Source of the DNA: Octopus sinensis
Taxonomy: Eukaryota
Length of the DNA: 64,000 bases
Assembly: GCF_006345805.1 (NCBI RefSeq)
Contig: NC_043000.1
Span: 87,048,001 to 87,112,000 of the forward strand
Direction of reading: 5' to 3'
Position numbers and translations under genes: made by a program. Numbering within the stretch: the first letter of the stretch is position 1; each line of letters starts with the position of its first letter. Shown in pieces: positions 55,937 through 64,000 of the stretch. The notes beneath the pieces are model-generated. The model saw only the letters and a list, made by a program, of their open reading frames with translations. It made no database searches and had not been told where the DNA came from.

Positions 55937-56199
55937 TAATAAATATTAGGGAATGAATCCAAAATTACAGGGAAAAATCAGATTTAGGGTTAAATCCAAT
56001 TTTATAGTAAAATATTATATAATATAATTCGAGACAAAACCACTATTTTAAAACCAAACAAGGAAAGACTTAATCAATACATAAAATTTTAATATAAATT
56101 AAATAAATAAATAAAATAAATATTAAAATTTTATGTATTGATTAAGTCTTTCCTTGTTTGGTTTTAAAATAGTGGTTTTGTCTCGAATTATATTATATA
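55937..56199 (+). mobile_element. short element with perfect 80-bp inverted repeat (56016-56095 / 56120-56199)
   Basis: Hand alignment shows no mismatch. The head is related to 32706. Confidence 0.8.
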
Positions 56200-56356
56200 T
56201 ATATATATATATTATTAGATAATAAATCATATGGTATACACCTGGTAGTTTACCGGTAAAGAACGTTCACTTTCTCAATGTTCGTTAGGTATTTGATTAG
56301 TATGCGTGTATGTATATATATATATATATATATACACATACACTCATATACATGTA

Positions 56357-56431
<75 letters not shown>

Positions 56432-56827
56432 TAATATAAGCAGCGGCGCGCAATGTGATACCATATAGGAAAAATTCAATCGTCACTGAGTGTGATTAAG
56501 GGTGCCGAAAAACCTACGTTGTTAAAAATATGAGTTAAAATAGTAGTTAAAGAGTATTTTAACTCTTATTTCTAGAAATGTAGGCGTTTCGGCATACAAA
56601 AATATTATGTATACATCATTTCGAGTATGTTAACCTTATGTCCGAGTAAGGATATATGTTTAGGAAGATATAGCTATGTCTAAGTATGGAAATGTAGTGT
56701 TGTGAAAGCCATTCTTATATTATAAATTATCATAACTTATATTGTAACTAATATACTTGCGCAGGTGTTGCTTAAGTGTGTAAAATATTTCAAAATTATC
56801 TGGAAAGTTTTGAGGTAATATGAGTGT

Positions 56828-57845
56828 AGGAGTGGCTGTGTGGGAAGAAACATTAGCACGCCGGGCGAAATGCGCAGCCGTATTTCGTCTGTCTTTACGT
56901 TCTGAGTTCAAATTCCGCCGAGGTCGACTTTGACTTTCATCCTTTCGGGGTCGATTAAATAAGTACCAGTTACGCACTGGGATCGATATAATCGACTTAA
57001 TCCTTTGTCTGTCCTTGTTTGTCCCCTCTGTGTGTAGCCCCATGTGCTCAGTAAAGAAATAGTTATTTTGTTTGCCGTTACGTTCTGAGTTCAAATTCCG
57101 CCGAGGTTGACTTTGCCTTTCATCCTTTCGGGATTCATAAATTAAGTACCAGTTACGCACTGGGATCGATATAATCGACTTAATCCTTTGTCTGTCCTTG
57201 TTTGTCCCCTCTGTGTGTAGCCCCATGTGCTCAGTAAAGAAATAGTTATTTTGTTTGCCGTTACGTTCTGAGTTCAAATTCCGCCGAGGTTGACTTTGCC
57301 TTTCATCCTTTCGGGATTCATAAATTAAGTAGTAGTTACGCTCTGGGGTCGATGTAATCGACTTAATCCGTTTGTCTGTCCTTGTTTGTCCCCTTTATGT
57401 TTAGCCCGTTGTGGGCAATAATGGAAAAAAAAGAAAGAAAAAAGCTGTTTGCTTCCTAACTACATGGTTGCGGATTCATTCTCTCTGCACGGCACTTTGA
57501 CAAGTGTCTTCCACTATATTCTCGGGATGACCAAGGCCTGGTGAGTGGATTTAGTAGAGAGAAACTGAAAGAACCCTGACATGTGTGTGTGAGTGTGTGT
57601 ATGAGTGTGTGTGTATATGCATGTGTATGTGTGTGTGTGTGTTTGTGTTTGCTCCCCACCCACTACCCGACAGCAGTGTTGATGTGTTTACGTTCCCGTA
57701 ACACTAGCGGTTTCGTAACAGACATCGGTAGAATAAGTACCAGTACTTAAAAAAAAAAGTAGTGGCGTCAGTTCATTCGACTAATAATTCTTCAAGGTGG
57801 TGCCCCAGTATAGCTGCAGTCTAATGACTAGAACAAGTAAAAGAT
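56828..57845 (+). mobile_element. SINE F interrupted by a SINE E whose internal 183-bp segment is tandemly amplified (~3 copies)
   Basis: F head GAGTGGCTGTGTGGGAAGAA (56830-56849), E body 56851-57434, F resumes AAGCTGTTTGCTTCC at ~57442. The ORF track shows a 61-aa periodicity. Confidence 0.8.
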
Positions 57846-59141
57846 AAAAATATATTTAGCTGGGTGGGGGGCATCTTTGCTATGCAGTGATATAGACGCC
57901 AAAAGGAAATACAAATCAAAATGAAATACAAGTTGAAGTGGGATACATGTTAAAATGATACACCAACCAACCAACCAACCAACCAACCAGCCACCCAACA
58001 AAAGATATCGGTCAAAATGAAAAAAAGACCCCAAAACTGTTGAAATTCGAAGACGTCTACGCAGTGAAACTAACAGTCGCTATTCTAAAACTGCGAAGTT
58101 CATGACTTGGTTACATGTATATAATATATTGCCAGTAGAACATCTTTTAATTTACGATTCGAAATTTCCAGAAGGCATTATTTGAAGTCGTCGCCAAACG
58201 CATATTTCATCCTCAGAGAAAAAGATAACCAGTAAGGAATGCAAGTTTCCAAGTTTAAACTATAAACGTTGATACAAAATACGATAGTTCATTAGTTATG
58301 AACAACAAAGATATTTACGTAAAACTGTTTATAAAAACAAAGTAGTCTGCATATATATTTCTATTTCTGTGATGCATCAGTACTTTTTATAATGAAGATT
58401 TATTGATTTGGTTTGTCGTTACTTAATGACAAAAATGGCATGGAATAGATGAGCTTAAAATATTGAGTTTTTATATTCCTGTACGTTAATTTTTATTTCT
58501 GTAGTAATGTAGAATAGTAATGTTTTGATAAGTAATCGCGTAGGAAGTTAATGTAGTTTAATGTTTAAATAGTTTTAACATTTTCATGTTTAATGCCAGC
58601 CAACGTCTTATGCAGTCTACTTATTTCGGTATACGCTTCTACATCTGTAGAAACTCTGATGAAGTCATAGAGCAAGAGTTTTTAAAATTCTGATCAGCTG
58701 ACAGATAGTAATGTGATAACCATTTAATCTGAAACTTGTCGACATTCAAAATTTTGATCTGGCTAAAGAGATAATTATGGAGAAATGTATAGAGATGCTT
58801 GCCGTTACATTTCTATATAAGTATTCATTCGTTCATAAATTTTAAAATTCCACTGTTTACCTATAAATATAGATTAATATGCTTATTGATACATGAAAAT
58901 ATAGCATGTGGCTTATTATATATACATATATACGTTTGTGTATATTTATGATGTGTGTGTGTGTGTGAGTGTAAATATACATACACCAGCCCCCCCCACA
59001 CACATGTGGATCAAAGCAGTTTGATTCTAACTCCTTGGTGCTCTGAGTTTCAAGCGTGATGCTAATCTTCGGCCATTTGATCCATAAATGTAACTCCCAA
59101 TAAATGTGTTGAGTGCCCTTCTTTCGTTTGTCTATTCACTC

Positions 59142-59142
<1 letters not shown>

Positions 59143-59189
<47 letters not shown>

Positions 59190-59211
59190 TATATATAATA
59201 TATATATAATA

Positions 59212-59256
<45 letters not shown>

Positions 59257-59283
59257 ATATATATATGTATATATATATATATG

Positions 59284-59321
<38 letters not shown>

Positions 59322-59332
59322 ATATATATATG

Positions 59333-59399
<67 letters not shown>

Positions 59400-59419
59400 G
59401 TATATATGTATGTATGTAT

Positions 59420-59450
<31 letters not shown>

Positions 59451-59458
59451 CACACACA

Positions 59459-59490
<32 letters not shown>
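59143..59490. repeat. long (TA)n/(TG)n microsatellite
   Basis: Direct reading. Confidence 0.95.
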
Positions 59491-59496
<6 letters not shown>

Positions 59497-59640
59497 TATA
59501 CGTAATCTATATTCACTACCTACCTACCTATACACACATACACACACACACACATACACACATATATATATATACTTATCAATTATTAAGATAACTATTC
59601 GTAATTTACAACCGAAAGGTAACAAGTATAGTCGTCTCTA

Positions 59641-59804
59641 AAGTGACTGACGGTGGTAGTTAGCACCAACATTGCTAGAAATAAAAATCAAAACGAACTC
59701 TTAGCCACATGAGAGCGTCGTTAGAAAAGTGCTCTCACGTGCTTACGAGTTGTTTTGGCTCTATTTCTTGTAATGCTGTTGCTAACTAGCACCCTCCGTC
59801 ACTT
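59641..59804. repeat. imperfect ~165-nt fold-back (MITE-like)
   Basis: Outer arms 59641-59694/59752-59804. Inner AACTC/GAGTT and CACATGAGAGC/GCTCTCACGTG. Confidence 0.7.
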
Positions 59805-59815
59805 CAATGACGACT

Positions 59816-59851
59816 ATACATACATACATGCATAAATAAATACATACATAC

Positions 59852-59882
<31 letters not shown>

Positions 59883-60358
59883 CATACATACATACATACA
59901 CACACACACATACATACATACATACATACATACATACATACATACATGCATACGTACATACATACATACATACATACATACATACATACATACATACATA
60001 CGTACATACATACGTACATACATACATACATACATACATATATACATACATGCATACATACATGCGTACATACATGCATACGTACATACATACATACATA
60101 CATACATACATACATACATACATACATACATACGTACATACATACATACATGCATACATACATACATACATGCGTACATACATACGTACATACATACATA
60201 CATACATACATGCATACATACATACATACATACATACATACATACATACATGCATACGTACATACATACATACATACATACATCCATACATACATACGTA
60301 CATACATACATACGTACATACATACATGCATACATACGTACATACATACATGCATACA
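59816..60358. repeat. ~540-bp compound (TACA)n array with TACG/TGCA variants
   Basis: Direct reading. Confidence 0.97.
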
Positions 60359-62290
60359 TTCGACTCTATCCCTCATTCATGGCTGTTGAAGTACATACAT
60401 CTGGCAAAAGTACTTACTACCTTAATTGCTGCTATAGAGAGACTCACAAAGACATGGACAACAATTCTTACCCTTACAACTGAGAACAGAATAATTGTTT
60501 GTGATAGTATAGACATTTCAAAGGGAATATTCTTTTCATTTTGGCACTGAATCCATTATCGTTCCTACTGCAGAAAACAAATGGTTACATGCTAGGATCT
60601 TCAACTGCTAGAAATATCAATGAAACCCATAATTTCTTTGTAGAATACCCGAAGATTTATGCTAAAAGTGTTAACAATGCCAAGAAACATCTGGAATTAA
60701 TAACAAAATTTTCAGCTGATATAGGCATGGAATTTGGCCTAAAAGAAATGTTCATATTTAGTTTAGAATGAGGAAAATCAGCCCCCCAAACCCAAAACAT
60801 GTGCATTAACTGTCTCTCTATCTCCCCCATTGCACACAGAGAATGTTACAAGTACCTAGGCACAGACGAAAATGTATTTGAAGGCACTGTGAATAAAGAT
60901 AAAGTGACCCGAGAATATTGCACCAGATTTAGGAAAATATGGCAGTCGGAACTTACAACAAAACAATATGCCACAATGTATTTGCAGTACCGATGCTGAT
61001 CCCAACATTTAGGATATTTGATTGGTCTGTAGAGGAAATCCAATCCAATGATATCAAAACCCGCAAAATCCTGACAACAACTGGGAACTTCCACAGAATC
61101 AGTGATGTTGACAGGCTCTACCTAAGAAGACATGAAGGTAGTAGAGGCCTGAGATCAGTGCAGACGGTCTTCGAATGCCGTATGGTATCACTCAGGCAGC
61201 ACCTGCTAAACAAAAATAAATATATAAATGCAGTTCTGAAACGTGAAGTGAGCAACATTGTACGAGTTGGCAGTGAGCTCCTCAAGAAGTACTCTCTTCC
61301 TGATGATCTCCTATAGAGCCCCCAAACAGCTGGACTCTCTTACCTCAGAGAAGAACTGGATGGAAAACATTCAGCATACAAAAAAAAAAAGAAAGAAACT
61401 ATGCATGGGTATGTTGCCCGGAAGCTTGAAGAAGACAGGGGAATTGACACAAAGCTCAGCCTCTCTTGGACACAAGACCACTACATCACATCACACTTCG
61501 AAGGCTATGCGTTTGCAATCCAGGAACAGGAGATTGCCACAAAGTACCTGGTGAACAAGAGAGACAGTGACGCTCTTGTAATCCCAAGGTGCAACCGCAT
61601 GTGTAGGCTATGTCATGTTTCTGTGGAAGACATCACACATGTGATTAGCAGCTGTCCCAATATGTCGTCACGGTACTACCTCCCTATGCGGCACGATGTT
61701 GTTGCTAAAACAATTTATTGTGCCATCCGCAAAAAAAGACTATCCTGAAATAAACTTAGAAAATCCCTCAGTTATGGAATACATTCATAAACACCAACTT
61801 AAGGAATACTGGTGGAATATTCCCAGCAAAACTTTTGCCAAATATAGACATAACGGGGCGGATATTGTTTCGGACAGAGGGGCAAATGTATGTACCATCA
61901 TGGAGGTCATCTGCCCTGCGAATATAAATATCTCTTTGAAAATCAAAGAAAAAGAGGATATCTATGGAGAACTACTTTGAAACCTCCAGCTTCTATATCC
62001 AGACTATGAATTCATATTTATACCAATTATAATTGGAGCACTAGGTTTTGTTAGTAAATGCTTAAAGGAGAATCTGGATAAACTGGGATTTTCAGACAGA
62101 GAAATTGACCGGCTAATTCGTACATTACAAGTGCAAATCTGTGAGTGGAACAATAAAAATATGCAAAACTTTTCTCAAGTTCCAAATGTGAATTTGTCTG
62201 TGTTAACTACATCCAAAAAATGGATCTTTGTATCTTTGTTGGAAACCGGGTCCTTCCTCAGTGGGAGATTTATAATAACTAAAAAATAGA
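60357..62290 (+). mobile_element. R4/Dong-clade retrotransposon (fourth family), 5'-truncated, decayed
   Basis: FDSIPHSW, EFGLK, YKYLG, RLYLRRHEGSRGL, MHG, EGYAFAIQEQEI, CRLC...HVISSC, RHD, EVICP, PIIIGALG. Confidence 0.9.
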
Positions 62291-62297
62291 ATACACA

Positions 62298-62333
<36 letters not shown>

Positions 62334-63120
62334 CATATCTTCTCATTCTCTCTGTGTCTATCTCTTCCTCTCTCTATCTTTATATCTATACATGCACACA
62401 GATACACACACACACACATGATTATTAACTATTTTGTTTACCTTTGTTGGTTTTATTTTCAACGCCTACATTATTTATGTGGTGCCATTTCCTATTCACA
62501 AATGTGATCTGTGATATTTATATACTGAATTCAAGTTTTTGTTTATGTTATAAGATTACTTCAGTTGTGAAAGGATCTGTATGGTATTGTCTGAATGTGA
62601 TTTGGAATGGTAAGATGTTTTTTTATAGTCCCTGAATTTTTGTTACAAGAATACCATATGTGACTATAAAAAACAAATTTTAACTCTATACGTTTTTTTT
62701 TCATGCAGTTAATGCTGTATTGCTAAATTTTTAGCCATTTCTGTCATGCTTATGATGTTTATTTTTGTGTGTGAAGCGTTTTTATATAACTTACAGACTT
62801 TCGACGGGTAAGAAGGGAGATGAGAACGCTACTTCTCGCTTATGTCCTTGGTGCTGCTGTCGTTGTTATTGTATTCCTATAAAATCATATATTTCTTTGT
62901 GTTATTTGCATTGTTTTCCAGTGTTTGTGCGAATATTTTGCAATCTTTGCAAGACACATTTATAGCTAGTCTAGAGCTCGCTTTGTAAATGTTTTAGGAA
63001 TATTCCATTTTAATCACGTCATGCACTGACTAAAGATTAAAGTCAAAGCACTGAAATTCATAAAAAAATTAAAAATCGCTTTCAATTCGATATTCTTTAC
63101 GGTTGTTGTCTATATATATA

Positions 63121-63300
63121 TAGGGGTTGGAGAAAATAATAGAAATACATTAAAATTTCAAACAAATTAATTTTAATATGAGGTAGGACTGCCTTTAGTA
63201 GTAATTACAGCTTGAATTCTACGAGGTATGGACTCGTACAAAGTTTGAATTGTTTCCACAGGAATTTTTGTCCATTCTTCAGCTAAAACAGTCTCCAGTT
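63121..63300 (-). mobile_element. Tc1 element 3' end
   Basis: LETVLAEEWTKIP...SIPRRIQAVITTKGSPTSY*. TIR-like (C/T)AGGGGTTGGAGAAAATAAT next to TA. Confidence 0.85.
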
Positions 63301-63457
63301 GGGGGAGGGGGCCAGTCGAGTAGATCGACCCCAGTACTCACCTGGCACTTAATTTATTGACAAAGTCGACCTCGGCGGAATTTGAACTCAGAACGTAACG
63401 GCAGGCGAAATACCGCTAAGCATTTCACCCGGCGTGCTAACGAGTCTGCCAGCTCGA
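63300..63457 (-). mobile_element. SINE (type E)
   Basis: Reverse complement of the 20564 family. Confidence 0.8.
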
Positions 63458-64000
63458 GGCAATATTAAAAGGCACTTGGTTAAGATGCTACGCAATAAAA
63501 TCGAACCAAATTCGCGTTGATGTCAAGCTAACTAGTCAGTCATGATGCTTCATTTTTAAGCAAACACCAAAAGTAGTTTCTTTCAAACAATTTAGAAAGC
63601 TGATCACGTCACTCGAAATCGCGATAACAAACACTCTTATCTGCAACCCACAAAAACAATATAGACTTTCTGTCGCTCTCTTACTCAACTCCTCTCTCTC
63701 TTTCTCTTGCAAGACGCATGCGCACACATACGTTCATGCACACAATTTTCAGGCACGTGTACTTTTATTTAGCTTCATGTAACCATATGCATATCTATAT
63801 ACACGTGCATACGTACATACATACATACATACATACATACATACACACATACGTACACACACGCACATATAAACATATACTTATACATATACATATATGA
63901 GTATGTGTATGTGTGTCTATATATATGTGTGTGTGTATACATGTGTATTTATACACGCATGCATACTCACAGCCACACACATACACACATGTTCTTGCAT

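Noticed and set aside
56890-57420. CRISPR-like periodicity
   Set aside because: These are 183-bp SINE-derived units with no unique spacers and no cas genes, in eukaryotic DNA.
58656-58712. CTGATGA...GTCA/TGAC hammerhead candidate
   Set aside because: GAAA is replaced by GATA and no convincing helix III or I is present.

Overview
AT-rich, microsatellite-dense eukaryotic DNA. The SINE and LINE complement is typical of an octopod cephalopod genome (inferred, not database-checked). The window is almost entirely transposon debris in intergenic or intronic space. It holds tRNA-derived SINEs of about 6 types, R4/Dong, Tx1/L1, RTE, CR1, Ingi/I-like and Penelope retroelement fragments, and mariner, Tc1, Tigger/pogo, Chapaev-like and Helitron-like DNA elements. 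No intact host gene can be supported. One candidate signal-peptide exon (45391-45445) and a decayed cold-shock-domain-like relic (~3.5-4.1 kb) are flagged. Nearly all supplied ORFs are microsatellite or antisense artefacts. The most interesting signals are: (1) a TSD-flanked, ORF1-only 'half-Tx1' element inserted in a SINE tRNA head at a site that is hit a second time elsewhere in the window; (2) two Tx1 elements joined to (TATC)n, one with a 175-bp snap-back hairpin 5' end; (3) minimal hammerhead-ribozyme scaffolds in Penelope-type short elements that also carry long inverted repeats; (4) a nest of (TAA)n-associated R4/Dong elements; (5) a TIR element carrying a (TTAGGG)n array; (6) an RTE with twin-priming-like 5' inversion. 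Coordinates were counted by hand, and boundaries of decayed elements are approximate.
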